Of a stretch of 64,000 nucleotides of DNA, positions 41,439-53,033 are shown one piece after another (the stretch's first letter is position 1; each line of letters begins with the position of its first letter). The DNA is taken from positions 32,001 through 96,000 of the forward strand of contig JBMYNR010000002.1 in assembly GCA_049598495.1 (NCBI GenBank), given 5' to 3'. Both the position numbers and the translations under genes were made by a program. This DNA is from Opitutales bacterium. GTDB lineage: Bacteria > Verrucomicrobiota > Verrucomicrobiia > Opitutales > Coraliomargaritaceae. Below the pieces are notes generated by a model, which was not told where the DNA came from, searched no databases, and was given only the letters and a program-made list of their open reading frames with translations.

Positions 41439-42375
41439 CGAGAAAACCTCTGACGGCGGCACAGTCCCTCTCAATCTGCGCTTTCAGCACATCGACCGAA
41501 TCGAATTTTTGCTCGGGACGCATGAACTGCAACCACTCGACCTCGATCGCATCTCCGGCACCCAGCGTCGTCACTTCCAAACCATGGACTTCAAGCGCCG
41601 GGGCCTGCTCTGCCTCGGCAATGGTTGGCTTGACCCCATAATTAGCCACAGCGTCCTCCCATTCGGCAGCGCCAACTGCACGGAAACGAACGTAGTAGAC
41701 TCCAAATTTCGGCAGGCACTCGGGTTGCCACGGCAAGTTGAGTGTCGGGAAGCCAATCTGACGGCCAAGTTGATCACCTGCCACCACTTCCCCCAGAGAT
41801 CTGTAGTTATAGCCGAGCAGATCATTCACCTCTGCGATGTGGCCCAGCTTTAATTCGGCACGGATACGAGTACTGCTGATTGGCTCGCCATTGTGCTTAA
41901 TGCGATCTGCACTAAAAACCCCCAGGCCCAAGGCTTTGCCAGAGTTGATTAAGGTCGTCACATCCCCTGCTCGCTTCCTTCCGAAACGGAAGTTCTCTCC
42001 AACGTAGATGGATTTTAGCGCGGGCAGTTGCTCTTTGAGGTGAGATAGAAACTCCTCTGCAGGTATCGCCGCGAAGGCCGCGTCAAAATGCTTACAAATC
42101 ACACAGTCCACTCCAATATTATGGAGCATCTCTGACTTCGTCTTGATCGGCATGATCAATTGAGTGGGGTCCTCGGGGCGAAAGAGTCGACTTGGGTGTG
42201 GGTTAAAGGTCAACACACAGGAAACCCCAGCTGAGCGCCGTGCCGACAGGACCGCCGATTCTATGACCGCCTTGTGGCCGAGATGAACGCCATCAAAAAC
42301 CCCGATTGCCAAATGAAGCTCACCGCTAAGTCCGGTGAGTTGTCCAAAATCTTCGACAGTGACGGGGAAGTTCAT
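41434..42375 (-). CDS. ribF: Bifunctional riboflavin kinase / FAD synthetase
   Basis: [24 protein letters not shown] and [10 protein letters not shown]. Confidence 0.97.
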   Translation of the reverse strand: MNFPVTVEDFGQLTGLSGELHLAIGVFDGVHLGHKAVIESAVLSARRSAGVSCVLTFNPHPSRLFRPEDPTQLIMPIKTKSEMLHNIGVDCVICKHFDAAFAAIPAEEFLSHLKEQLPALKSIYVGENFRFGRKRAGDVTTLINSGKALGLGVFSADRIKHNGEPISSTRIRAELKLGHIAEVNDLLGYNYRSLGEVVAGDQLGRQIGFPTLNLPWQPECLPKFGVYYVRFRAVGAAEWEDAVANYGVKPTIAEAEQAPALEVHGLEVTTLGAGDAIEVEWLQFMRPEQKFDSVDVLKAQIERDCAAVRGFLG

Positions 42376-42381
42376 CTGAGC

Positions 42382-43110
42382 TTACAATGCATGGCTTGGC
42401 ACGGCTTGCATGACCGGAATCAATCGCTTGCGCAGTGCCGAAGAAGACATCGCCTCTAGCTCATCCAACGTGGCGGCTTTTTCAACGCGAAATTGGCCAA
42501 CACCCGTCCGACGCAGAACGTTCAGGTGACCCCCGCAGCCCAACTTCTCGCCAAGGTCATGGGCAATCGTCCGAACATAGGCACCTTTACTCGTGCCCAC
42601 AGTAAAGGATATCTCCGGCGGAGAAAAGTCCGTGAGATCAAAGCGGCTGATATGAATCACCCGCGGCTCGCGCTCGACCGTCTTGCCCTGACGCGCCAGC
42701 TTGTAGAGTTTCTGGCCGTTAATTTTCTTGGCCGAAAACATTGGAGGCGTCTGATACTGGTCTCCGAGGAAGGTCTTCAACTCGGCCTTGACCCTGTCCT
42801 CTGCCAGCTCAGGCACCGGGCGCTCCTCGATAAGCTCGCCATCCGCATCCTGCGAATCAGTTATCTGCCCCAGTCGCACGGTGCCCGTGTACTCTTTACC
42901 GAGACTTATCAAATACTGCGACACCTTGGTCGCCTTACCAATGAGAATCAACAAAAGGCCCGTCGCCATAGGATCCAGAGTGCCCGCATGTCCCACTTTC
43001 TTCATGTGGTAGATGCGGCGTATCTTCGATACAACATCGTGCGAGGTAATTCCCTGTGGTTTATCAACAAGCAGAATGCCCTCGGGTGCGTCTTGGTTAG
43101 GTTGAGACAT
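42382..43110 (-). CDS. truB: tRNA pseudouridine(55) synthase
   Basis: [26 protein letters not shown] and [10 protein letters not shown]; start at 43110. Confidence 0.97.
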   Translation of the reverse strand: MSQPNQDAPEGILLVDKPQGITSHDVVSKIRRIYHMKKVGHAGTLDPMATGLLLILIGKATKVSQYLISLGKEYTGTVRLGQITDSQDADGELIEERPVPELAEDRVKAELKTFLGDQYQTPPMFSAKKINGQKLYKLARQGKTVEREPRVIHISRFDLTDFSPPEISFTVGTSKGAYVRTIAHDLGEKLGCGGHLNVLRRTGVGQFRVEKAATLDELEAMSSSALRKRLIPVMQAVPSHAL

Positions 43111-43220
43111 AATTAGAAAACTACCGCTGGGTGATCCGGCGAAACGAAAGTTTAGAGAGGTCGAGTTGCTAGGTGTAACGCGGCGGCGATCGTCGCTGGA
43201 CAGATCGCCAGGTGCTCCAA

Positions 43221-43245
43221 ACACTGGCTATCGCCAGGGTTCTAC
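43221..43245 (-). repeat. GTAG REP, same family as 20534-20625 and 44632-44660
   Basis: Minus strand GTAGAACCCTGGCGATAGCCAGTGT. Confidence 0.65.
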
Positions 43246-43264
43246 GCTTTTGATGACGCGCGGT

Positions 43265-44263
43265 TTAATCGATGGTTTTCAGATGTTTGCCGATGGCTTC
43301 CATCAGCTTCGGATAAAATACCTCGATCGAGCTATCCTCAACATTCAATCCGGCGGCACAGGCATGGCCACCGCCGCCGAAATGCTTCGCGATTTGATCG
43401 ACCCTATATTTGGGATCCTTGGCCCGCAGGCTACCCTTGAGCGCACCGGCGCGTTCCTCAATCAGAACCCCGATATCCACTCCGTCGATCGCCCGTGCAT
43501 AGTCGACCAAGCCCTCGGAGTCTTCGATTGTGGCACCTGTCGACGCGTAAACGCCATCCTCGATCAGACCGACACAGATCCGGTTATCAAATTCCATAGT
43601 CAGGGAATCGAGAAAGGTCTGCAGGAGCTTAATCTTGGCGAAGCTCTCACGCTCATAGAGCTGGTAGGCCGCCTCCGCAGGGTTCGCGCCCAGCTCACAG
43701 AGCCGACGTGCAATCTCAAAGGTCTCTGGCGTCGTTGAGGGGAAGCGGAACTGCCCTGTATCCGTCGCAATACCCACATAGAGGGCCTGAGCAGTGACGG
43801 CATCCACCTCATAGCCATTGTCCAAATAAAAGCCGGCTAGAATCTCCGCCGTCGCACAGGCGCTACCGATAACTACATTCTCTTTGCCGTAGAGTTTATT
43901 GGAAATATGGTGATCCACATTAAGTGCCACCTCGGGAAAGAGTGTGTTCAGTCGATCGCCAACACGTTTGAAATCAGCACAATCCACAGAGACTGCAAGA
44001 TGCCCATCAGGCGTGAACTCCTCCGCGAGTGCCATCGGTGTATCTCCCACAAAGGCTTCCAGCGCAACCGGGATGGCGTCGCGGTTCAAGCCGATCGCTT
44101 CGATTCCGAGGTTTTGCAACACACGCACCACCGCCACTGTTGAGCCGATGCAATCGCCGTCCGGGCGCTGATGCCCCAACACCGCCACCTTATGGCCTTT
44201 TAAATTTTCGATGACCCGCGCAAAGCGAGGGCTCTCCTCAGGATAGAATTTATCGTCCGTCAT
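43265..44263 (-). CDS. nrnA: DHH/DHHA1 oligoribonuclease / pAp phosphatase
   Basis: [21 protein letters not shown] and [10 protein letters not shown]; start MTDDKF at 44263. Confidence 0.92.
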   Translation of the reverse strand: MTDDKFYPEESPRFARVIENLKGHKVAVLGHQRPDGDCIGSTVAVVRVLQNLGIEAIGLNRDAIPVALEAFVGDTPMALAEEFTPDGHLAVSVDCADFKRVGDRLNTLFPEVALNVDHHISNKLYGKENVVIGSACATAEILAGFYLDNGYEVDAVTAQALYVGIATDTGQFRFPSTTPETFEIARRLCELGANPAEAAYQLYERESFAKIKLLQTFLDSLTMEFDNRICVGLIEDGVYASTGATIEDSEGLVDYARAIDGVDIGVLIEERAGALKGSLRAKDPKYRVDQIAKHFGGGGHACAAGLNVEDSSIEVFYPKLMEAIGKHLKTID

Positions 44264-44603
44264 TTTCTTCGTGTTCAAGTTGGTCGAGTATATCGTTGAT
44301 CCCCGCACCACGCTCTAGCGATGGATCGTAGATAAATTCGAAGCGTGGGAAATACTTAAGAATAACATGCTTACTAACCCGTTGGCGTAGATCCTTGCCG
44401 ATCTTCCTGAAGAGTGCATTCGCCTCGGCAATTGATGCCTCTCCCCCAAGAACAGAAAAATAGATTCGCGCATGGCGCAGATCCGTCGAGCAATCGACAT
44501 CACTGATCGTAATCGCCGCGGCATCCGCCCGGTAATAGCGGCGCATCTGCTCACTCACTTCGCGGCGGAGCAGTTCATTGATACGGGTAATTCGTTGGGA
44601 CAT
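44250..44603 (-). CDS. rbfA: Ribosome-binding factor A
   Basis: [24 protein letters not shown] and [12 protein letters not shown]; follows infB. Confidence 0.95.
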   Translation of the reverse strand: MSQRITRINELLRREVSEQMRRYYRADAAAITISDVDCSTDLRHARIYFSVLGGEASIAEANALFRKIGKDLRQRVSKHVILKYFPRFEFIYDPSLERGAGINDILDQLEHEENDGR

Positions 44604-44631
44604 AGCAAGTGGGATAGGACCTCATGCGGGG

Positions 44632-44660
44632 CTCACACTGGCTATCGCCAGCGTGCTACA
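44632..44660 (-). repeat. GTAG REP
   Basis: Minus strand TGTAGCACGCTGGCGATAGCCAGTGTGAG. Confidence 0.75.
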
Positions 44661-44672
44661 GATGTGGAAAAC

Positions 44673-46988
44673 CTAAAGGGAAGCGCGCTGCTCTTCGACC
44701 GAGAAACACTCGATCGTATCGCCCTCTTCATAGTCATCGTAGCCTTCTACATTAATACCGCACTCGTAGCCCGCGCGAACTTCCTTCACGTCGTCCTTAA
44801 AGCGTTTGAGGGTATCGACCTTGCTCTCATGAAGCAACTCACCCCCGCGCATGAGACGTGCGATACAATTGCGCTGGATCGCGCCTTCTGTGACCATACA
44901 ACCAGCCACATTGCGGCCCTTGCCGATGGAGAATACCTGACGGATTTCGGCCGCACCGATCTTCTTCTCGGTGTATTCGGCGTCCAAGAGATCGGCCATG
45001 GCATCTTCTACCTGATTAATGAGCTCGTAGATAATCTCGTGCTGGATGATCCGGATATCATGATGCTTCGCCAGGCTCTGCACACCGTTGTCGAGCTTCA
45101 CATTAAACCCAACAATGGTTGCGCCACCAGCGCTGGCCAGGGTGACATCGTTCTTCGTGATGTGCCCCACCCCCTTGCTGATAACATCCAGATCCACCTT
45201 TTCGCTGTCAATTGCCTGAAGGGCGTTGACGAGCGCTTCCGTGGAGCCGTGCACATCCGACTTAACGATCACGCGCAGGCATTTCTTCTGTTGGTGCTCA
45301 ATCGCAGCAAATAGATCTTCCACCGTGGTAGCACCACCGCCCGTTCCTTGCTCGCCGGAGGCACTGGCATCCTCAAGCTTGCGCTTCTGCATCGCATCCT
45401 CAGCCGCACGTTTGGCCGCTTTTTCATTCTTCTCTGTGGAAAATTTGGCCCCCGAGGCAGGCACATCCGACCAACCGGTCACCTTCACGGGTGTCGCGGG
45501 CGGTGCTGATTTCAGCATCTTTCCATCGGCATCGGTCATTGTTTTGACCCGGCAATATACCTCGCCACAAAGCAGCGTATCGCCCTTTTTCAGGGTGCCG
45601 CGCTCAACAATGACAGAGGCAGTCGCTCCACGACCCTGTTCCACTTGAGCCTCAATAATCGTGCCCGCAGGCGGGCATTTTGGATTCGCCTTGAGCTCAA
45701 GCACTTCGGCCTGCAGCAAGATCATGTCAAGAAGGTCGTCGATATTGGTTCCATTGAGCGCAGAGACTTCCACTGCGATCGTTTCCCCCCCCCAATCTTC
45801 AGGCGCGATCCCTTTCTCCTGCATCTGTTGCTTCACGCGGTCCACGTTCGCTCCCTTCGCATCGATCTTGTTGATCGCCACAATAATTGCGTTGTTTGCC
45901 TCTTTGGCAAACTTCAGGGCTTCTTCCGTCTGAGGCTTAAATGCATCGTCGGCCGCAATCACGAGAATAGAAACATCGGTCACATTGGCGCCGCGCTCCC
46001 GCATCATTGAGAAAGCCGCATGGCCAGGTGTATCAATAAAGGAAATCTTCTCGCCCTTGTGCTCAATTTGGTAGGCGCCGATATGCTGAGTAATGCCGCC
46101 GGCTTCACCCTCCACCACGTTTGCCTTACGAATGGTATCGAGCAAGGTCGTCTTGCCGTGATCCACGTGGCCAAGGATACAGACAACCGGAGGACGTGGC
46201 TCGAGGAACCTCGGGTCATCATCGTCGGGTTTCTCCTCCTTCTTCGGCTTGCTTTGTTCGGCCTGCTCACCGCGGTGGTGGATTTCCAACTCACAGCCAT
46301 GGCGGGCAGCGAGCTGTGTTGCAACACTCTCCTCGATCGTTTGGTTCATCGAGGCGAAGATGCCCATCTCCATCAGTTCGGAGATCAGTTTGAAAGGTTT
46401 CAGGCCGATTTCACCAGCAAAGTCACGCACAACGATCGGTGGCTTGACGTGAATCTTCTTTAGCTCCCCTGTTTCGGGAGCGGATTCACCACTCTCGCCT
46501 TCGTCGGTGGCAGCGACCGCTTCGGAAGCCTCGGGCTTCGGAGGACTTGCGGGTTGCGGCGGCTTAGGCGGACCACCTGCGGGCGGCGCAGGCGGTGAAG
46601 GCGGCTTGGGCGGGCTCGCCGGAGTCGGTGGCGCGACCGATGCTTCGGGCTCGGGTGTTTTTGCTACCTCCCGTTCTGCGCCGGACTTTTCTGCCTCGGC
46701 AGCCGCCGCTTTTTCTTCACGTTCGCGCTCGATATCGGCAGCCGACTTCACAAAGACCCCCTCCGGCAATTTCGGTGCGACGGGCTCTGCTGGCGCCTCT
46801 TCTTGAGCAACAGGCTCTTCGGGAGCGGGCGCCTGAGAGGCAAACTCTTCACGTAGCGCCTCCGCGGAAATGTTGTCAACCGTGCTGGAAGCGCTCTTCA
46901 CCTCGTAGCCGCGACTTTTAAGCAGCTCGATGAGCTCCTTATTCTCCATTCCGATTTCTTTGGAAAGCTGGTGTATGCGAACACTCAT
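44673..46988 (-). CDS. infB: Translation initiation factor IF-2
   Basis: [18 protein letters not shown] and C-terminal GYECG. Confidence 0.99.
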   Translation of the reverse strand: MSVRIHQLSKEIGMENKELIELLKSRGYEVKSASSTVDNISAEALREEFASQAPAPEEPVAQEEAPAEPVAPKLPEGVFVKSAADIEREREEKAAAAEAEKSGAEREVAKTPEPEASVAPPTPASPPKPPSPPAPPAGGPPKPPQPASPPKPEASEAVAATDEGESGESAPETGELKKIHVKPPIVVRDFAGEIGLKPFKLISELMEMGIFASMNQTIEESVATQLAARHGCELEIHHRGEQAEQSKPKKEEKPDDDDPRFLEPRPPVVCILGHVDHGKTTLLDTIRKANVVEGEAGGITQHIGAYQIEHKGEKISFIDTPGHAAFSMMRERGANVTDVSILVIAADDAFKPQTEEALKFAKEANNAIIVAINKIDAKGANVDRVKQQMQEKGIAPEDWGGETIAVEVSALNGTNIDDLLDMILLQAEVLELKANPKCPPAGTIIEAQVEQGRGATASVIVERGTLKKGDTLLCGEVYCRVKTMTDADGKMLKSAPPATPVKVTGWSDVPASGAKFSTEKNEKAAKRAAEDAMQKRKLEDASASGEQGTGGGATTVEDLFAAIEHQQKKCLRVIVKSDVHGSTEALVNALQAIDSEKVDLDVISKGVGHITKNDVTLASAGGATIVGFNVKLDNGVQSLAKHHDIRIIQHEIIYELINQVEDAMADLLDAEYTEKKIGAAEIRQVFSIGKGRNVAGCMVTEGAIQRNCIARLMRGGELLHESKVDTLKRFKDDVKEVRAGYECGINVEGYDDYEEGDTIECFSVEEQRASL

Positions 46989-47044
46989 GGACGGGTCTTT
47001 TCTCTAAGTCTTGGTTGCTGGATGGGACGAGGGCTGCGCGGGGA

Positions 47045-48295
47045 TTAGGTATTCTGCTTAAAGTAAGCCTGCACCTTACAAATAACGTCCGCCGCTTCCT
47101 CTTCGGAAAGTCCGGCGTCGACCAAATCACTGGCCTCGACGCCCTCAAATACTTCGGGGCTGGCAAAACCAAATGAAACCAAGCGGGCAGCCAACTCAGG
47201 ATCGAGCCCGTCGATCGCATTGAGCCCTTCGACCGCTTTAGCAACTTTTTCGTCAAAGCCGACCGCTTCCTTCTCTTCCTTGCCGATGTCGAGCTTCCAG
47301 CCAAGTAGACGAGAGGTTAATTTCGCGTTGAAGCCGCGACGTCCGATCGCGATGGACAGGTCGTCTTCCGCCACCTCGAAGTGAATACGGCGTTCCACCT
47401 CATTGACCTTGATGTTCTTTGGGACTGCGGGCTTAAGGGCTTCCTCAAGAAGCTGTAGCGGGTCCTGGTAGTAACGAATAATATCGATCTTCTCACCGCC
47501 GAGTTCACGGACGATGGTCTTTACCCGGGCACCTCGCGCGCCGACACATGCGCCGACGGGGTCGACTTTGGGATCCGTGCTGTTCACCGCGATCTTGGTG
47601 CGGTAGCCCGGCTCACGCGCCATTGCCTCAATCGTAACGGTTCCATCAGCGATCTCCGTGACTTCGAGTTCAAAGAGGCGGCGAACAAAATTCAAGTTCG
47701 AGCGGGAAAGAATGATATCCGGGCCGCGGTTGCTTTGCTCAATCTTAAGCAGCAGGCAGCGAATACTCTCTCCCGGGGCATAGTCCTCACCGGGGACACG
47801 TTCGCGGGGCGGCAGGATCGCCTCGGCTTTTCCGAGGTCAACAATCAGATCACCACGTTCACGGCGGCGGACAGTCCCGGTGACAATATCACCCACGGTG
47901 TCCTTGTAATCATCGTAGATGCGCTCCTTTTCGAATTGGCGTATTCGCTGCATGATCGCTTGGCGCGCGGTTTGCGCGGCAATACGACCAAGGTAGGCAG
48001 GATCTATCTCTTTCTCAACCGTCTCGCCGATCTGGGCGCCCGCCTGAATCAAACGAGCCTTCTCGATATGAATCTCAAGCGATGGGTCACTCACCGAATC
48101 AACCACCTGAAGAATACTCCAGGCCTTGAGTGCCCCGGTTTTCGGGTTAATTTCGACCCGAATATCTTGGCCCGCGCTCACGCCTTTCTGGGCAGCGCTC
48201 GCAATCGCGCCGGAGATGGCCTCGATCATGTCAGGGCGACTGATCCCCTTCTCCTTCTCCATATATTCTAAAACTGATAGTATCTCGTGACTCAT
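47045..48295 (-). CDS. nusA: Transcription termination/antitermination factor NusA
   Basis: [22 protein letters not shown] and [11 protein letters not shown]. Confidence 0.98.
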   Translation of the reverse strand: MSHEILSVLEYMEKEKGISRPDMIEAISGAIASAAQKGVSAGQDIRVEINPKTGALKAWSILQVVDSVSDPSLEIHIEKARLIQAGAQIGETVEKEIDPAYLGRIAAQTARQAIMQRIRQFEKERIYDDYKDTVGDIVTGTVRRRERGDLIVDLGKAEAILPPRERVPGEDYAPGESIRCLLLKIEQSNRGPDIILSRSNLNFVRRLFELEVTEIADGTVTIEAMAREPGYRTKIAVNSTDPKVDPVGACVGARGARVKTIVRELGGEKIDIIRYYQDPLQLLEEALKPAVPKNIKVNEVERRIHFEVAEDDLSIAIGRRGFNAKLTSRLLGWKLDIGKEEKEAVGFDEKVAKAVEGLNAIDGLDPELAARLVSFGFASPEVFEGVEASDLVDAGLSEEEAADVICKVQAYFKQNT

Positions 48296-48303
48296 TGGGT
48301 GCT

Positions 48304-48335
48304 AAAAATAAAAAAAGCAGGCCAAGCCCGCTTTT
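48304..48335 (-). promoter_or_regulatory. Terminator-like leader hairpin upstream of nusA (rimP-leader-like attenuator)
   Basis: Minus strand AAAAGCGGGC-TTG-GCCTGCTTTTTTTATTTTT, about 10 nt before the nusA ATG. Confidence 0.65.
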
Positions 48336-48521
48336 AAATTATGCTGGGTTTAAAAGTGAAGCGTGGAGCGTAGGGAGCTCACTTCTCTTGTCAAGGTACC
48401 TGTAAATCGGATTTGAGCCCTTTGTTCTTGCCCTCACAAGCTCCTCGAGCATCGTTCACAGGCTTCTTGCCCTGCTCGCGAATTCCCAGGGCTCTGCCAA
48501 TCTGGCGAAACCACTGAATTC

Positions 48522-49226
48522 ATGAAAACCGTCACCGTATACTCCGGAGGGCTCGATTCGACTGTGCTCCTCTGCCATCTTCTCGCGAAAGGACACGAGC
48601 CACACGCTCTTTCCATTGACTACGGGCAACGCCACCGATGTGAACTCGAGCGGGCACGTGAGATTTGCGCCGAGTTGGGTGTGCCACACCGCATCGCCGA
48701 CCTTTCTGCGATCCAACCCCTGCTCGCGGGCAGCAGTCTTACTTCGCCGGAGATCGAGGTGGCTGAAGGACACTACACCGAAGAATCCATGAAGACCACG
48801 GTGGTGCCAAACCGAAACATGATCTTTCTTTCCATCGCGACAGGTTACGCCCTCTCGATTCAAGCCGGCCAAATCGCCTACGCCGCGCACTCCGGCGACC
48901 ATGCGATCTACCCAGATTGCCGGAATGAATTCGCCGAGGCGATGGCCGAGGCGATTCGTATTGCCGATTGGGATTCGGTCGAACTGATTCGTCCATTTGT
49001 CGACTGGACAAAGGCAGACATCGTTCGTCTCGGGGCCGAACTCGGCGCACCGCTCAAGAAGACCTGGTCCTGTTACAAGGGCAGGGAGCAACACTGCGGC
49101 CGCTGCGGCACCTGTATCGAACGCAGGGAGGCCTTTGACTTGGCGAATATCGAAGATCCGACAATCTACGCGCCCGGCGCTCCGGATTTGAAAACATTGC
49201 GAGCCAACGACTGGCGCCTGAACTGA
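48522..49226 (+). CDS. queC: 7-cyano-7-deazaguanine synthase
   Basis: SGGLDST, YGQRH, VPNRN, YPDCR and TWSCY...HCGRCGTC. Confidence 0.97.
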   Translation: MKTVTVYSGGLDSTVLLCHLLAKGHEPHALSIDYGQRHRCELERAREICAELGVPHRIADLSAIQPLLAGSSLTSPEIEVAEGHYTEESMKTTVVPNRNMIFLSIATGYALSIQAGQIAYAAHSGDHAIYPDCRNEFAEAMAEAIRIADWDSVELIRPFVDWTKADIVRLGAELGAPLKKTWSCYKGREQHCGRCGTCIERREAFDLANIEDPTIYAPGAPDLKTLRANDWRLN

Positions 49227-49259
49227 GCTATTCTCAACCGAGTATCCCAAGGATTTCAC

Positions 49260-49691
49260 ATGCTGAACTGTAAAAAGACCTACCGCGATATCCCATGCGC
49301 CCATCGGCAACACCATCATGAAGGCCAGTGCGCCCAGATTCATGGCCACAACTGGACGATTACATTGACCTTCGCTTGTCACGAAACGGATGCGAACGGA
49401 TTCGTCGTCGATTTCGGCGAACTGAACTACCTGAAGACTTGGATCGACGAGCATTTGGACCACGCTTGCCTCTTCAACGAGGACGACCCGGAGAAGGACA
49501 CCCTACTCCAAAGCGCCGGCCATCTCTTCAAGGCCTACGTTCTCCCGAATACGTCCTGCGAAGGTCTGGCTCGACATATTTTCACAATCTTCGATCCGAT
49601 GGTTCGCGCGGAAACGGACGGTCGCGCTTGGATCACCCAAGTCGACGTTGAGGAAGATTCGAAGAACTCGGCCAGCTATCGCCCCGACTAG
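49260..49691 (+). CDS. queD: 6-carboxytetrahydropterin synthase
   Basis: AHRQ...[13 protein letters not shown] and LDH; follows queC. Confidence 0.9.
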   Translation: MLNCKKTYRDIPCAHRQHHHEGQCAQIHGHNWTITLTFACHETDANGFVVDFGELNYLKTWIDEHLDHACLFNEDDPEKDTLLQSAGHLFKAYVLPNTSCEGLARHIFTIFDPMVRAETDGRAWITQVDVEEDSKNSASYRPD

Positions 49692-49696
49692 CCAGC

Positions 49697-50227
49697 CTAT
49701 CCCGAGTCGCCCGACTCGCCGCCCTTCAGGGCGAGGAACTTCGCCCATAGGTGGCTGAAGGACCAAGCGAAGTCCCGCGGGCTGCGCTCGAGCCAGTCAT
49801 TGAGCTCCTGCAAATGGATCCAGCGCCCCTCGATCACTTCGGATGGGTCTAAGGTAAAAGGCCCGTCCGATTGGCAGGTATAGACATAGACAAACTCATA
49901 GCCGGTCTGCTTACAGGGCGACTCCTTGAATACGCGTGTCAACTCAAGCTCTCCAGACAAGCCGATCTCTTCGGCCAACTCGCGAACAGCCGCGCTGTCG
50001 TAATCCTCGCCCGTATCCACATGCCCGGAACAGGAACTTACCCATTTCCCCGGCGCCGTGTCCTTCCTCATGGAGCGACGTTGCAAATAAAGCTGTCCGT
50101 CGGCGTTAAAAACAAACACGTGAACCGCGCGATGCAGCAGTTTGTCCCGGTGGACGATCGATCGCTCCTCCTGACGAATGATGTTATCATTTTCATCAAC
50201 GACATCGAAAATATCTTTTACGGCCAT
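49697..50227 (-). CDS. NUDIX hydrolase (IDI-like subfamily)
   Basis: [17 protein letters not shown] and [22 protein letters not shown]. Confidence 0.9.
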   Translation of the reverse strand: MAVKDIFDVVDENDNIIRQEERSIVHRDKLLHRAVHVFVFNADGQLYLQRRSMRKDTAPGKWVSSCSGHVDTGEDYDSAAVRELAEEIGLSGELELTRVFKESPCKQTGYEFVYVYTCQSDGPFTLDPSEVIEGRWIHLQELNDWLERSPRDFAWSFSHLWAKFLALKGGESGDSG

Positions 50228-50317
50228 GGTAACATTGGGGTGGTTCGATTAACTCGTCGGCGAAATTGGCAAACTGCGAGTCGCAAATCGTAAAAGTAAG
50301 GAGGCGGAGACTGTCAT

Positions 50318-51124
50318 TTAATCGCGCATTTTGAACATCCACGGCATGACGCCACGGTTTACCCCGATTTCATCGAGAACCAGCGTACTCACCCATTCGC
50401 CGTTTTCAGAAGAGTCGACACGCTTGGCGATGGGCATACCATGAACGCGAATGTAATTTTTATAGATCATGCAATGGGTGTTATCGTCCTCGAGATCCGT
50501 ATTCACCACCTTGATCTCCAAATAAGTCCGGATATCGATAAAATAGTCCACCCGATACCCCGTGTCCAAATTGACCCGAATCTGGTGGCAAATGTTGCCC
50601 TCTGTGGGAACCGTGTCGATGTAGATGATCTCCTTCCCTTCCGCAAACGGATAGAGCAGGTGATTCCCAAAAATCGCGGCGTGCTTGAACCGCCGCGCTT
50701 CCTTATTTGCCATTTCTACTGCCTTGGCATAAGCCTCAGGCGCCCGCTTCCACGCCGTTGTGCCATCGTGCCCGAAGACCCACTCCTGCTGATTCGAAAC
50801 AAGCGTCAACTTCATGAAGTTCGGCTTTCGCTGCAGTGCCTGCAGTTCGAACTCTCTGTCTTTCAAGGTCAGCACGCCCTTGAGCCTCAGGCTTGAAATG
50901 GTCTCCCAATGCTCGGGGCCGCCGAGACCCTCATGGTAGTAACGCGTTAGAATCATCGCCAGTCGTCCGTCTCCAAGCTCCGGCATGGCTGTTTGAAGGA
51001 GTATCTCCGTGACTCCCCCCTCTGGTGTTTTCAGTTTAACCCCGCGTTCGGCCGAGACACTAAGACTCACCAGCACCATCATTAGTGCGGGAAAAATTCG
51101 AACTTTCTGGAGGACGGCGAACAT
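50318..51124 (-). CDS. Secreted LolA-like protein, paralogue of 3637-4419
   Basis: GLGGPEHWETISSLRLKG...RKPNF...HDGTTAW parallels AMGGLANWNRVESIQLNG...KRPNQ...HDGKTAW. Confidence 0.75.
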   Translation of the reverse strand: MFAVLQKVRIFPALMMVLVSLSVSAERGVKLKTPEGGVTEILLQTAMPELGDGRLAMILTRYYHEGLGGPEHWETISSLRLKGVLTLKDREFELQALQRKPNFMKLTLVSNQQEWVFGHDGTTAWKRAPEAYAKAVEMANKEARRFKHAAIFGNHLLYPFAEGKEIIYIDTVPTEGNICHQIRVNLDTGYRVDYFIDIRTYLEIKVVNTDLEDDNTHCMIYKNYIRVHGMPIAKRVDSSENGEWVSTLVLDEIGVNRGVMPWMFKMRD

Positions 51125-51316
51125 CTAAACGGAATTCGTCTCTGAGCGGCAATCTTTGTTCCATTTGAGAGCTCTGCTTATTGCCTCAAAACAGGGTTCC
51201 TCGTCAAAGTAAGGATAAATAAGAGGCATAGAAACGGTGTAGCTGTAGAGCTTAGGTTCTAATACTCCATTGCGAAAGTTACGCCTGCATTAAGGAGACT
51301 GGTAGGCTTGCTGCCG

Positions 51317-51386
51317 GACGCCCTGAAGGGCGCACTCCAACCTTAGGATGCGTGGAGCTTTGTTGGAGTTCGGCCATTAGGCCGTC
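51317..51386. repeat. Pair of inverted GGAG/CTCCAAC-type REP-like elements
   Basis: GACGCCCTGAAGGGCGCACTCCAAC ... GTTGGAGTTCGGCCATTAGGCCGTC; further GC-rich hairpins extend to about 51660. Confidence 0.6.
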
Positions 51387-51755
51387 TGATTCCATTTTAG
51401 AAAGCTTTCAATCGCTACATTCGGTACGAGATAGCGAACTTGCGCTAGCAAGGTCGACGAGCAAGCGCCTCCGTCTGTTCGAAATCCCAGACTGGCCGTC
51501 ACGACTTACAGTCAATCCGGATGATTTGGGCATACGCTGTCGTTTGCCGAACGGCGCGTGGTCCGATTCCGACCGCCTACGCCAGCCCCTCCGCCGCAGG
51601 CTACGGCGGACATGTCGGATCGGTCTTGTCGCCAGCTCGGAACGGCGAGCAGGCCCGACCTCAAGAAAGTCCGAGCTCTTCCCCTTACTTTGACGATGAA
51701 CCAAACAAAAGGGTGGACTTAATTAAGGGCAACGTCACTGATCATTTTGTAGTGT

Positions 51756-53033
51756 ATGGTGGTTTACAATTACAAGGCCCGCGATTCCAAGGGCAGTATT
51801 GTTAGCGGATCGATTGATGCGGCGGAACGACGCTTGGCCATGCAGAAACTGCATGCGCAGGGCTTGAGCCCAATCACCCTGAAGGAAGCCGCCACCGAAA
51901 GCAGTTTCGTACTTTCAAAAATAATCGAGCGCGTAAAATCACTCCGCCACAATCGCAAGCAAGCCGTCGGGGAGCAAATCCATCAGAAGCCACAGGGCGC
52001 GCAGCGGGAAGTTGTAGGCCTGGTTGTATTGAAACGGCTGATGGAGCTGCACGGCTCGGGGCTTCCGGTGGGCGACTCCATTTTCATTCTTAGTCAGCGC
52101 CTCAACGACAAAGAGCAGAAACAAGTCGTGCAGAATCTCTGGCGCGATCTGAGCGAGGGCGCCACACTTGCCGGTGCCATGGCCCGGCAGCCGAGATACT
52201 TTCCGGGCTCGATCAGCTATGTGATCGAGGCTGGCGAAGCGACGGGTAACCTCGCACCCATCCTTGGCAAAATGATTGACTATCTCGAAGAGAAGCAAGC
52301 GATCCGGAGGAAGATGATCGCCAGCATGATCTATCCTGCCATCGTCTGCACTGTGGCGGTAGCGGTCGTCATCCTCTTCATGACGGTGCTCCTCCCACAA
52401 ATACAGGGGATGATGGACCGTTTGGGCGGAGAAATGACTTGGAGCGCACGCATCTTGATCGATGGTTCGGATCTGGTCGCTCGATACGGGCCCTTCCTAC
52501 TCATTGCGCTGATGATTGGCGGACTCTCCTTCCGACAGTGGCGACGCACGGAGGCCGGCCTTCGCAAAACGGACGCGTGGTTTTTACAACTACCGCTTCT
52601 CGGAAGAATCTTCTATTACGGCGATCTTTTTCAGGTCGGTAATCTGATCAGCACCCTTCTCGAAAGCGGAATCAATACGACCGAGACACTTCGGCTTTCT
52701 GAGCGCACAGTCAAAAATACCGAACTAAGGGATCGTTTCCATATCGCCCGTGGTCAAGTAAACGAGGGCCTCTCCATCGCGCAGGCCTTCAAGCGAAACG
52801 AATTCATGCCGGATCTCGCCATCGATATCTTAACCGTAGGCGAAAATACGGGCAATCTCGCACACAGCATGACGGAGGTCACCAAGGGATTCCGCCGCGA
52901 ACTAACCCGTCGACTTACGGGTCTGAGCGCCATTGTATCGACCGCTGCGCTGATCAGTGCATTCATCCTCGTTGCCCTGATCGCAATGGGCATCGTGACC
53001 AGCGTCTTCCAGGTCAGCCGCTCGCTGTCTTAG
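51756..53033 (+). CDS. Type II secretion system F / PilC-family inner-membrane platform protein
   Basis: YNYKARDSKG, AGEATGNL, MIYPAIV and VGENTGNL (duplicated GspF domain). Confidence 0.93.
   Translation: MVVYNYKARDSKGSIVSGSIDAAERRLAMQKLHAQGLSPITLKEAATESSFVLSKIIERVKSLRHNRKQAVGEQIHQKPQGAQREVVGLVVLKRLMELHGSGLPVGDSIFILSQRLNDKEQKQVVQNLWRDLSEGATLAGAMARQPRYFPGSISYVIEAGEATGNLAPILGKMIDYLEEKQAIRRKMIASMIYPAIVCTVAVAVVILFMTVLLPQIQGMMDRLGGEMTWSARILIDGSDLVARYGPFLLIALMIGGLSFRQWRRTEAGLRKTDAWFLQLPLLGRIFYYGDLFQVGNLISTLLESGINTTETLRLSERTVKNTELRDRFHIARGQVNEGLSIAQAFKRNEFMPDLAIDILTVGENTGNLAHSMTEVTKGFRRELTRRLTGLSAIVSTAALISAFILVALIAMGIVTSVFQVSRSLS

Noticed and set aside
51352..51805. Short ORFs between the LolA-like gene and gspF
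   Set aside because: They overlap REP-like hairpins, have atypical composition and show no motifs.
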